Assembly (NCBI GenBank): GCA_034408935.1
Contig: DAOUMV010000013.1
Coordinates: forward strand, 50,759-114,758
Length of the DNA stretch: 64,000 nt
Source: Dehalococcoidia bacterium
GTDB taxonomy: Bacteria; Chloroflexota; Dehalococcoidia; SM23-28-2; RBG-16-64-32
Direction: 5' to 3'
Shown: in pieces, positions 56,457 through 64,000 of the stretch
How the letters are laid out: each line of letters starts with the position of its first letter
How positions within the stretch are numbered: the first letter of the stretch is position 1
The notes under the pieces: generated by a model
What the model was told of the DNA's origin: nothing
The model's database searches: none
Seen by the model: the letters and a program-made list of their open reading frames with translations, nothing else
Translations under genes and position numbers: made by a program

Positions 56457-56651
56457 GGGAATAGAATACCGCCGACTGAAGTGCGCGGGAATGGATTCCC
56501 TGCTAGCGTAGCGGCTCAGCCCGGGCCGAGGGTGAAAGGGGAATAGAACACCGCCGACTGAAGTCGGCGGCATGAGAGAGAGCCGCGCACTTCAGTGCGC
56601 GGGAACGGATTCCCTGCCAGCGTAGCAGCTCACGCCGGGCCGAGGGTGAAG
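56457..56651. repeat. Tandem direct repeat (83-bp unit, second copy carries 31-bp hairpin-forming insertion)
   Basis: GGAATAGAA(T/C)ACCGCCGACTGAAGT...GCGCGGGAA(T/C)GGATTCCCTGC...CCGGGCCGAGGGTGAA; palindromes GCCGACTGAAGTCGGC and CGCGCACTTCAGTGCGCG; overlaps 3' end of convergent gene. Confidence 0.65.
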
Positions 56652-56992
56652 GCGTCGTCGATGACGTAGAGCCAGGTGCCGTCGGGCTGACGGCGGGCGA
56701 CCTCGACGGCGCGGCCGGACATGGCCTGCGGGCTGGCGATGCTCCAGCGGGAGTAGGAGAGGGCGATGTCGCCAGCGAGAATCACCTTGTCGGTCTCCAC
56801 GGTGATGTCGGGCTTCATGGCGACGCGGGGGGCCATGTCCTGGCGGATGGCGTCGGTACCGGTGCGGACTTCGCCCTGCTGGTTGGGCTTGCTGGCGCCG
56901 GGCTCGAAGATGGCGAGGAGGGCGTCGAGGTCCCCGTCCTTCATCGCCTGGGAGAAGAGCTGGCCGAGGTCTTCGGGCTTCTGCGCGGGCAT
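56630..56992 (-). CDS. SnoaL-like/NTF2-fold protein (DUF4440-like)
   Basis: Size and pattern (DLDALLAIFEPGA...WLYVIDDAF) typical of NTF2-like superfamily. Confidence 0.55.
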   Translation of the reverse strand: MPAQKPEDLGQLFSQAMKDGDLDALLAIFEPGASKPNQQGEVRTGTDAIRQDMAPRVAMKPDITVETDKVILAGDIALSYSRWSIASPQAMSGRAVEVARRQPDGTWLYVIDDAFTLGPA

Positions 56993-57155
56993 GAGGGGGC
57001 TCCTTCCGGATGCGGATCGTTGGGGTGAATGGTATGGGCGGCGCGGGCCGCCGGTCAAGGGTAGGGGTGGCCACCCCACCCCAATGTTGTTGGTCCCGCC
57101 CGGCCCGCCCCTGAACTCCGTTCAGGGTTGGCCCCACCCCGGGGCTACGAGCGGC

Positions 57156-58223
57156 TCAAGGGGTGGAAGGCGATGCGGATGACGCCGCCTCAACTCTGAA
57201 CGTTCGCACTTCTTCGTACGTCGCGTCATCACGGAGTTCCTCCGCAAGGAACTCAACCCAATCATCCGTATACAGATAGTCGCCGTGTGGCTCGTCGTAC
57301 TGGCAGTACTTGGTCTGGCAGTCAACTGGGTCTTGGGCACCGACAGGCGGGCGTACCTCCCAGTGCTTCCATGCCCGTGTGTGCGTGTCCATGTTGAACG
57401 CCTTTGGTGCTATCTTCGCGGCTACCAGCGGCACGACGTGAGAGGGCTTGAGCTTGCCCTTGCTCACTACAGCCACTGTTCGCGGCTTAATAAGAGCCAC
57501 CGTCTTGTCGTATTCTCGCGTGTGGTCAGGATCATAGTGCACGAACTCTACCGCTAGGGCGTCCTTTGAACGATGGCCTGCAAGCATAGGGATGAGGAAG
57601 ACCTTGTAACTGTAAGCCATATCACCCAGAACGTCTGGGCTCAGGGAACTCCGAAAGTCGGCCACGTAGGTCTTGATGTCAGCATTGGCAGGTGCAGATA
57701 GCAAGCGCCGCATCGCTTCTCGAGCCTTCGGGTCTCGCGCTCTGGAAAACTGCAGTGAGAAGGCGAGATTCGTGTCAAGCGCAAGGCGATCACTAAACTC
57801 CTGCACGAGGAAGTCTTCGAAGTTGATCAAGAGGGCCTGACACTCTCCAAAGATGTCAAGATCGATTTCGGGCGCATCAGCGTGTTCAATCAAGTTCCGC
57901 AGGCCGATGAAGAACCGCAGATTCTGCCTAGTCGCGTCGTCTTTTTGGCCCCAGTGCTGGCGAACGCATTCACTCAGATCCCAGGTCTTCGGTCTGCCGT
58001 CAATCCGCTCGAAGTGGATAGAGTTTGGCCTTCGGTACCAGGGTTTGATTCCGCGTTTCCAGAAGACTGCGTGGAAGAGGGCGGCCCAGGCCAGGTGCAT
58101 CGGAACTACGTACGTGCCCGATTTGAACGTGGTCAACGGATTGTTGTAGGCACCGACAGCGTGAAGCGCTTGTTGCCGCGCCTTGGCTACCAGTTGTCGC
58201 GCCCTAGATACGCCTCTTGGCAT
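57156..58223 (-). CDS. Low-GC hypothetical protein with Rx4H (HEPN-like) motif; possible Abi-type defence protein
   Basis: Local GC ~52-55% vs ~68% background; motif LRNLIEH; 355 aa. Confidence 0.5.
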   Translation of the reverse strand: MPRGVSRARQLVAKARQQALHAVGAYNNPLTTFKSGTYVVPMHLAWAALFHAVFWKRGIKPWYRRPNSIHFERIDGRPKTWDLSECVRQHWGQKDDATRQNLRFFIGLRNLIEHADAPEIDLDIFGECQALLINFEDFLVQEFSDRLALDTNLAFSLQFSRARDPKAREAMRRLLSAPANADIKTYVADFRSSLSPDVLGDMAYSYKVFLIPMLAGHRSKDALAVEFVHYDPDHTREYDKTVALIKPRTVAVVSKGKLKPSHVVPLVAAKIAPKAFNMDTHTRAWKHWEVRPPVGAQDPVDCQTKYCQYDEPHGDYLYTDDWVEFLAEELRDDATYEEVRTFRVEAASSASPSTP

Positions 58224-58241
58224 GGCCTGCCCCCTTCGGCA

Positions 58242-59621
58242 CTACTGGCCTCTCTTCTTGACCTCCTGATCTGGCTGCCTCCCTCGCAGTCGCTCCATGT
58301 GCTCCGCTATTCGCTTCTCCCAGCCGATGTCGCCGGGGACGTAGTAGCGGCGGCCGGAGAGCTTCTTCGGCAGGTGCTCCTGGCCGGAGTGGTGCTCCGG
58401 GAAGTAGTGGTCGTACTTGTAATCGCGGCCGTAGCCCAGCTCCTTCATCGTGTCGGTGACGGGGTTGCGCAGGTGGAGGGGGACAGGCTCGTTGCGGGTG
58501 GCCTTGGCGTCCTTGAGGGCGCGCATGTACGCCGAGCCAACGGAGTTCGACTTGGGGGCGGTGGCGAGGTAGATGGTGGCCTCGGCCAGGGGGTAGAAGC
58601 CCTCCGGCATGCCGACGAAGTGGACGGACTGCTGGGCGGCGACGGCGACCTGGATGGCGTGGGGGTCTGCCAGGCCCACGTCCTCGGAGGCGAGGATGAC
58701 GAGCCGGCGGGCGACGAAGAGGGGGTCCTCGCCGCCCTCGATCATGCGGGCGAGCCAGTAGAGGGCGGCGTCGGGGTCGGAGCCGCGGAGGGACTTGATG
58801 AAGGCGGAGATGATGTCGTAGTGCCAGTCGCCGGCGCGGTCGTAGAGGGCGGCGCGGTGCTGCAGCGCCTCCTCGATGTCGGCCAGGGCGACCGTGCGCA
58901 CGCCCTTCCCATCCGCCTGAGCGGACTGGGCGGCGAGCTCGAGGGCGTTGAGGGCGATGCGGGCGTCCCCGGCGGCGGCCTGGGCCAGCCCGGCGACGGT
59001 GTCGTCGGCGATCTCTATGCGCATGGGGGCCAGCCCGCGCTCCTCGTCGCCGAGGGCGCGGCGGAGGATGACCTCGACCTGCTCCGGGGTCAGCGCCTCG
59101 AGGGTGAACACGCGGCAGCGGGAGAGCAGCGGCGAGATCACCTCGAAGGAGGGGTTCTCCGTCGTGGCGCCGATGAGGGTGACGGTGCCATCCTCGACAT
59201 AAGGGAGGACGGCGTCCTGCTGGGCCTTGTTGAAGCGGTGGATCTCGTCGATGAAGAGGATGGTGCGCTGCTCGTGCATGCCGAGGCGGTCGCGGGCCTC
59301 GTCGACGATGCGGCGGAGGTCGGCGACGCCAGCGGCCACGGCGGAGATGGGCTCGAACTGGGACTGGGTCATGCCGGCGACGATGCGGGCGAGGGTGGTC
59401 TTGCCGGAGCCGGGCGGCCCCCAGAGGACGACGGAGGGGACCTCGTCGGCCTCGATCGCCTTGCGCAGGAGGCGACCCTCGCCCACGAGGTGCTCCTGGC
59501 CGACGAACTCTTCGAGGGTCTGGGGCCGCATACGAGCGGCGAGGGGGGCCTGGCGGGCGGCGCGACGGGCGCCGGCCTGGGCGAACATGTCGGGGGCTTT
59601 GGAACGCTTGTGGGCCCGCAT
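58242..59621 (-). CDS. rarA: Replication-associated recombination protein A (AAA+ ATPase)
   Basis: Walker A GPPGSGKTT, Walker B ILFIDEIHRF, MgsA C-terminal domain. Confidence 0.9.
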   Translation of the reverse strand: MRAHKRSKAPDMFAQAGARRAARQAPLAARMRPQTLEEFVGQEHLVGEGRLLRKAIEADEVPSVVLWGPPGSGKTTLARIVAGMTQSQFEPISAVAAGVADLRRIVDEARDRLGMHEQRTILFIDEIHRFNKAQQDAVLPYVEDGTVTLIGATTENPSFEVISPLLSRCRVFTLEALTPEQVEVILRRALGDEERGLAPMRIEIADDTVAGLAQAAAGDARIALNALELAAQSAQADGKGVRTVALADIEEALQHRAALYDRAGDWHYDIISAFIKSLRGSDPDAALYWLARMIEGGEDPLFVARRLVILASEDVGLADPHAIQVAVAAQQSVHFVGMPEGFYPLAEATIYLATAPKSNSVGSAYMRALKDAKATRNEPVPLHLRNPVTDTMKELGYGRDYKYDHYFPEHHSGQEHLPKKLSGRRYYVPGDIGWEKRIAEHMERLRGRQPDQEVKKRGQ

Positions 59622-59642
59622 ATCGCCAGTATTATCGCACGT

Positions 59643-59669
59643 TTGTGCTGAGACGACCAGAGTTATAAT
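59643..59669 (+). promoter_or_regulatory. Promoter with consensus TATAAT 8 nt upstream of ATG (leaderless-type)
   Basis: TTTGTG-N16-TATAAT then ATG at 59677 with no SD. Confidence 0.45.
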
Positions 59670-59676
59670 ACTGGCC

Positions 59677-60501
59677 ATGCAGCCGCAGGAACTGCGCAAG
59701 ATCGCCGAGGGCCGTGAGGCGGAGATGTTCGCTTTGGAGCCCGGCACGATCTTGAGGCTGTACCGGGACCCCGAGCGCCAGAGCGCGGCGCAGTGGGAGG
59801 CGGCAGCGCTGAAGGCGGCGGCGGACCGCGGGGTGCGAGTGCCCGCCGTTCACGAGCTGACGACGGTGATGGGACGGCCGGGGCTGATCATGGAGCGCAT
59901 CGAGGGGCCGGACCTGCTGACGCTGATGGGACGGCGCCCCTGGACGGTGTTCCAGGCGGGCCGCATCTGCGGCGAGGTGCACGCTCGGCTGCACGCCGCA
60001 GAGGCGCCCAGGAGGATGCCCGCCGTCCGGGACACTCTCCGACAGTGGATGGCGTCATCCTACCGGCTGCCCAAACACCTCGCGGAGTTCGCTCTGGACA
60101 TCTTGAAAGGTTTGCCAGACGGCGAAAGCCTGTGCCACGGCGACTTCCATCCGGGGAACATCTTGATGTCGGGGGAGACACCCGTGGTGATCGACTGGAC
60201 GAACGCCAGGCGGGGTGACCCGGCAGCGGATGTCGGCCGCAGCCTGGTGTTGTTCCGCGTCGGGGAGCCCCTGCCGGGAATGCCCGCCTTAGTACGTTAC
60301 CTGCATGTGCTGGGCAGCAAGATCGTGACGTGGGGCTATCTTCGGGCCTACCGTCGGGTGCGGCCCCTCGATATGGCCGTCGTCGAGCGGTGGGTGGTGG
60401 CACACGCCGCGGCACGGCTGGCCTTCGAGCACATCCCGGAGGAAGAGGGAGCGCTGCGAAGGCTGCTCGAGCGGCGCTACGCCAGGCCTGACACTCCCTA
60501 G
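59677..60501 (+). CDS. Aminoglycoside/phosphotransferase-family kinase
   Basis: Brenner motif CHGDFHPGNIL and IDW motif. Confidence 0.75.
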   Translation: MQPQELRKIAEGREAEMFALEPGTILRLYRDPERQSAAQWEAAALKAAADRGVRVPAVHELTTVMGRPGLIMERIEGPDLLTLMGRRPWTVFQAGRICGEVHARLHAAEAPRRMPAVRDTLRQWMASSYRLPKHLAEFALDILKGLPDGESLCHGDFHPGNILMSGETPVVIDWTNARRGDPAADVGRSLVLFRVGEPLPGMPALVRYLHVLGSKIVTWGYLRAYRRVRPLDMAVVERWVVAHAAARLAFEHIPEEEGALRRLLERRYARPDTP

Positions 60502-60522
60502 AGGCGTCGTACGGGCGATCGC

Positions 60523-61134
60523 TCAGCGCTGGGGGGCCTGGCCCCACTTCTCCCAGAAGACGATGTTCTCTGTCGGCATACGCATGGTAGGGCCGAACTT
60601 GCCGCGGGGCCAGCCGATGGGGATGAGGGCCATCGTTTCGACGCCATCCGGTATGCCCAGGAGCTGCTTCACCTCCGCCTCGTGGGTGCGGTAGACGGTG
60701 GTGAGGGTGGCACCGAGGCCGAGGGCGCGGGCGGCCAGCATGAGGTTCTGGACAGCGGGGTAGATGGAGGCGCCCGGCGGGGAGACGGGAGCGACCATAG
60801 AGTGGTTAACGGTGGCGATGATGAGGACGGGCACCTCCGCCAGGTGGTTAGCCAGATGGTCGGCGGAGCCGTAGGTCTTGGCGAGGGCGGGGCTAGCCAT
60901 GGCCGCTTCCCTGAAGGGGCCGTACGCCGTGTTCCAGCCATCGAGATACCACTCGGCGATCCTGGCCTTAGTGTCTGGATCCCGCACGACAATGAAGTTC
61001 CAGGGCTGGCGATTGCCGCCGCTGGGAGCCTTGACAGCAGCGTCCAGCAGCTGCCAGATGAGCTCGTCGGGGACGGGGTCGGGCTTGAGGCGGCGCATGG
61101 CGCGCTGGGTGTTGATTGCCTCGAAGATATCCAT
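60523..61134 (-). CDS. Nitroreductase-family protein (203 aa)
   Basis: Nitroreductase N-terminal RAMRRLKPDPVPDE...NRQPWNFIVV; true start at MDIF, upstream 213 codons of six-frame ORF are non-coding overlap. Confidence 0.8.
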   Translation of the reverse strand: MDIFEAINTQRAMRRLKPDPVPDELIWQLLDAAVKAPSGGNRQPWNFIVVRDPDTKARIAEWYLDGWNTAYGPFREAAMASPALAKTYGSADHLANHLAEVPVLIIATVNHSMVAPVSPPGASIYPAVQNLMLAARALGLGATLTTVYRTHEAEVKQLLGIPDGVETMALIPIGWPRGKFGPTMRMPTENIVFWEKWGQAPQR

Positions 61135-61213
61135 GGGGCAACCTCCTTGTGGGGCACAGGTTAGCACAGGCGGCCGAGATCCGCTGCGTCCCAGGCTGTG
61201 GGCGGTAGAGAGT

Positions 61214-62032
61214 CTAGAGAGAAACCTCTCGTAGGAAGGCGATAAGCGCCTCGTTGAACGCCTGCGGCTGCTCCAGCGGCGCGACGTGGCCGCAGTCCGG
61301 GAGCACCGCCTTGCGGGCGTGGGACAGGTTCTCGGCCAGAACGTCGGCCACGAGATGGAAATCGGGGATGTCCATCTCGCCGACGAGGACGAGCGTGAGC
61401 GCTCCGATCTCGTGCAGCCGCTCAATGACAGTGGGGGAGTAGGCCGGAGGCACCGCGTCCTCGCGGTAGTCGGCAGCCGGGAAGGCCAGCACCATCTCCC
61501 GCACCCGCTGGAAACGGTCGGGGAAGCGGCGCAGGCCGTCGAACAGGGGGTGGGTGAGCCACAGCCGCTCGAACGCTGCGCGCGGCCCGTCCGCTCGGAC
61601 AGCGGCCACCAGTTCCTCGATTTGAACGGAGAACTCATCGGAGTAGGCGAAGCCGGGAAGGGCGGAATCGACCAGGGTGAGGGAGAGGACGCGGGCGGGA
61701 AAGTCCAGGGCGAACTGAAGGGCGATGCCGCCGCCCATAGAGAGACCAACGACGTGGGAGGCGTCCACGCCAAGGCCCTCCATCAGGTCGCGCAGGTCGG
61801 CGGCGTAGTTCTCCCAGGTGTAGCCTGTGGGCGGCGCCGTGCTGCGCCCGTGGCCGCGGACGTCGTAGCGAATCACGCGGTAGCCGGCGGCGGTCAGCGC
61901 CGGCACCTGCTCGTCCCACAGGCGCAGGTCAGCCGAGTGCCCGTGGATGAGGACGACGGGCGGGCCTGAGACCCCAACGAGGGCGGAATCCTCGAAGTAG
62001 ATCTCGATGCCGTTGGCGTTCAGTTGGGGCAC
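61214..62032 (-). CDS. Alpha/beta hydrolase
   Basis: HGHS oxyanion region, GLSMGG nucleophile elbow, C-terminal CGH. Confidence 0.82.
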   Translation of the reverse strand: MPQLNANGIEIYFEDSALVGVSGPPVVLIHGHSADLRLWDEQVPALTAAGYRVIRYDVRGHGRSTAPPTGYTWENYAADLRDLMEGLGVDASHVVGLSMGGGIALQFALDFPARVLSLTLVDSALPGFAYSDEFSVQIEELVAAVRADGPRAAFERLWLTHPLFDGLRRFPDRFQRVREMVLAFPAADYREDAVPPAYSPTVIERLHEIGALTLVLVGEMDIPDFHLVADVLAENLSHARKAVLPDCGHVAPLEQPQAFNEALIAFLREVSL

Positions 62033-62048
62033 TGGCAGAACCTACAGC

Positions 62049-62693
62049 TTAGCGCTCCAGGAGGAAGTCACCGGTGCCAATAGCGGGCCGGGGCGGCGGC
62101 AGGGAGCCCTCGGCGGGGTAGCCCAGGAGGACCAAGAACACGGGCTCCCAGCGGGACGGCAGGTCTAGGCCCTCCGTCACCGCCGACTGGCAGAAGAGGG
62201 GAGCCCCCTTCAGATAGCCGCCGAGGCCGCGGGCGTGGGCGGCCAACAGCAGGTTCTGGAGGGCAGCGCCGAGGCTTTGCACGTACATATCGCGCTCGGC
62301 GCGGCGGCGCCGACGATCCGGCCAGCGGCGGGCGCGGTCCAACTCTAGGCAGGCAAGGAGGAGCATCGGCGCCTCCGTGAGCTGCCGACGCGAACGGGCC
62401 AGCGATCTCTCGACGGCTTCCGGCGGCTGGCGATCGGCCTCGAAGTCGGCACGCCAGGCGGCCGCCATTGCCTCAACGAGGCGGGGGCGCGAATCGGGCG
62501 TGATCTCGACGAAGCGCCAGGGGCGGCTGTGGTGGGGGGCGGGGGCGGCGCAGGCGGCCGCGACGAGCTCTCGCAGGAGATCGCGCGGCACCTCGCGGCG
62601 TGCGAAGCGGCGGACGGAACGTCGACCGGCGATCGCCTCCGAGACGTCCATCGCGTCAGGCGGTGCGGCCAGCGCCTGCCTGCCGGTAGGCAT
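62049..62693 (-). CDS. Standalone nitroreductase-like protein, FbiB C-terminal-domain-like (putative dehydro-F420-0 reductase)
   Basis: Nitroreductase fold (RRSVRRF...); immediately downstream of and overlapping cofC/cofD. Confidence 0.5.
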   Translation of the reverse strand: MPTGRQALAAPPDAMDVSEAIAGRRSVRRFARREVPRDLLRELVAAACAAPAPHHSRPWRFVEITPDSRPRLVEAMAAAWRADFEADRQPPEAVERSLARSRRQLTEAPMLLLACLELDRARRWPDRRRRRAERDMYVQSLGAALQNLLLAAHARGLGGYLKGAPLFCQSAVTEGLDLPSRWEPVFLVLLGYPAEGSLPPPRPAIGTGDFLLER

Positions 62694-63339
62694 GACTCAG
62701 CCGCTCGGCGATACGGAGTTGGGCCAGCAATCGGTGGGTGGCGGTCTCGGCGGGACGGGCCAGCAGGTCGGCCAGGTCGTCCGGCTCGTCCACGTCGCGG
62801 GAGAGCGACGCCAGGTGAAGGACGCGGGCGGGCAGGCCGCGGGCGACGGCCTCCCGCTTGTGGGACGCGGACGACCGGCGTCCGAAGCGGAAGGGGATGG
62901 CGTCCGGCGGGCGCAGGGCGATGGCACCGGTGCCTCGATCGTCGGTGGGGACGTGGGCGATGCCGCGTTCGGGGAGGGCATCCAGAAGCGCCTCGATCTC
63001 CGGGGGTGAGACGGCGGGGAGGTCAGCGGCGACGACCAGGAGGGCATCGGCGCCCCCGTCTGACAGGACAGCCGAGGCGTGGGCCAGGGCCTGATTCACG
63101 CCCCGACAGAGGGGCGGCTCGTTGAGGGGATCGGCACCCAGCTTCTCGGCGCGAGCCAGCACTTCGGCGTCGGGGCTGACCACAGCCATGTGCTCGACAC
63201 TAGGCACGCCCTGTAGGGCCCGCAGCACGTCCTCCAGCATCGCCAGGGCGAGGCGTCGCCGCTCGTCCTGCGTGAGCAGGGCGGCCAGGCGCCCCTTGGC
63301 CTCGCCGAGCGCCTTCACGGGGACGAGGGCGGCGATCAC
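62656..63339 (-). CDS. cofC: 2-phospho-L-lactate (or PEP) guanylyltransferase, F420 biosynthesis
   Basis: MIAALVPVKALGEAKGRL N-terminus and nucleotidyltransferase fold typical of CofC/FbiD. Confidence 0.8.
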   Translation of the reverse strand: MIAALVPVKALGEAKGRLAALLTQDERRRLALAMLEDVLRALQGVPSVEHMAVVSPDAEVLARAEKLGADPLNEPPLCRGVNQALAHASAVLSDGGADALLVVAADLPAVSPPEIEALLDALPERGIAHVPTDDRGTGAIALRPPDAIPFRFGRRSSASHKREAVARGLPARVLHLASLSRDVDEPDDLADLLARPAETATHRLLAQLRIAERLSHAYRQAGAGRTA

Positions 63340-64000
63340 GATGCGATTCCGGCGGCGCGCAGGGACGCGCGGGCGAGCGCGGCCTTCTTCTCCATCGAGT
63401 CCATTATGGTGTCGGTGACAGTCACCGCCAAGCCCATCGCCTCGATCTCCGGCGCGAGCTCCGCGTCCACGTTATCAATCACGATAGCGTCCAGAAAGTC
63501 GACATAAAGGCGCGCAACGGCGCTCGCGCTCGCGTCGAGCCCCTGGTCGCGAAGCATCTTAGCGGCAGGTCCCTTGATCGTCGCCCCGCCGACGATTGGG
63601 CTCACGGCGACAACCTCCGCCGCCGTCTGGCAGAGCGCGTCGTGGAGGCCGGGGACCGCGAGGATAGGGCCGATTGAAACGAAGGGGTTGGAGGGCGTGA
63701 GGATGACAGCATCGGCGTCGGCGATAGCCTCGACTACGCCGGGGGCAGGGCGGGCCTCCTCCGCGCCATCGAACAGAACCTCTCGCACGGGGTCAGCAGC
63801 GCCACGACGCACGAACCACTCCTGGAACTCGAGAACGCCGTCGCCGGTGCGGACTTTGGTGCGCAGGAAGTCGTCGGTCCCGGGGAGGACACGGGCGGGC
63901 ACGCCCAGGGCGCGGGCGATCTCGGCGGTGGCCTCGGACAGGGTACGGCCGCGCCGGAGGAGGTCGGTGCGGGTGACGCAGGTGGCGAGGTCAAGGTCGC
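63336..64000 (-). CDS. cofD: LPPG:FO 2-phospho-L-lactate transferase, partial (N-terminus beyond window)
   Basis: CofD C-terminal motifs (VLPGTDD, FQEWFV, ILTPSNPFVSIGPIL); frame open to window edge. Confidence 0.8.
   Translation of the reverse strand, partial: DLDLATCVTRTDLLRRGRTLSEATAEIARALGVPARVLPGTDDFLRTKVRTGDGVLEFQEWFVRRGAADPVREVLFDGAEEARPAPGVVEAIADADAVILTPSNPFVSIGPILAVPGLHDALCQTAAEVVAVSPIVGGATIKGPAAKMLRDQGLDASASAVARLYVDFLDAIVIDNVDAELAPEIEAMGLAVTVTDTIMDSMEKKAALARASLRAAGIAS

Noticed and set aside
57882-59651. 589-aa plus-strand ORF antisense to rarA and the low-GC gene
   Set aside because: Low-complexity G/A/L/D-rich translation. rarA on the opposite strand has unmistakable AAA+ motifs.
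60523-61773. 416-aa minus-strand ORF with Pro/Ser/Thr-rich N-terminal half
   Set aside because: Only the C-terminal 203 aa (from MDIFEAINTQ at 61134) look like a real nitroreductase. The upstream half is an open frame running through the neighbouring hydrolase gene, which is typical of high-GC DNA.

Overview
A 64 kb stretch of a high-GC (~65-70%) bacterial chromosome, compact and mostly coding. The gene content (F420 biosynthesis cofC/cofD, several nitroreductases, opcA-zwf-tal/pgi) suggests a Chloroflexota/Thermomicrobia- or Actinomycetota-like organism; this is an inference. The functional calls on proteins are reads of the translated ORFs; no searches were run.

Main features:
- Housekeeping genes: gltX, rluD, lspA, rarA, and tRNAs Glu(UUC), Glu(CUC), Gln(CUG), Gly(UCC) and Met(CAU).
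- An ECF sigma/anti-sigma pair, an autoregulated TetR, and a beta-oxidation-like cluster (acyl-CoA synthetase, enoyl-CoA hydratase, DUF35, thiolase, CoA-transferase A and B).
- An oxidative pentose-phosphate operon (tal-pgi fusion, zwf, opcA).
- A MacAB-like four-gene efflux system with an unusually long adaptor.
- A ~4.2 kb integrative element inserted at the 3' end of tRNA-Gly (14738..18944), bounded by a 45-bp direct repeat.
- A candidate envelope-stress regulon (47.9-55.4 kb): a conserved ~65-bp cis-element found four times upstream of a MacA-like efflux operon, htrA and two tandem LTXXQ (CpxP/Spy-like) paralogs, next to a divergent OmpR/HK two-component system. This is the most system-like novelty in the window.

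Secondary features:
- Nested tandem duplications just downstream (a histidine-kinase 3' fragment, paralogous 93-aa genes, an 83-bp hairpin-bearing repeat).
- A low-GC ORF with an Rx4H (HEPN-like) motif, a possible Abi-type defence gene.
- A standalone FbiB-C-like nitroreductase next to cofC/cofD.
- A degenerate GGDEF protein with an intact I-site.
- An orphan Flp pilin and a Grx-TrxR fusion.
- A second, split copy of the TetR operator next to a strong antisense promoter.
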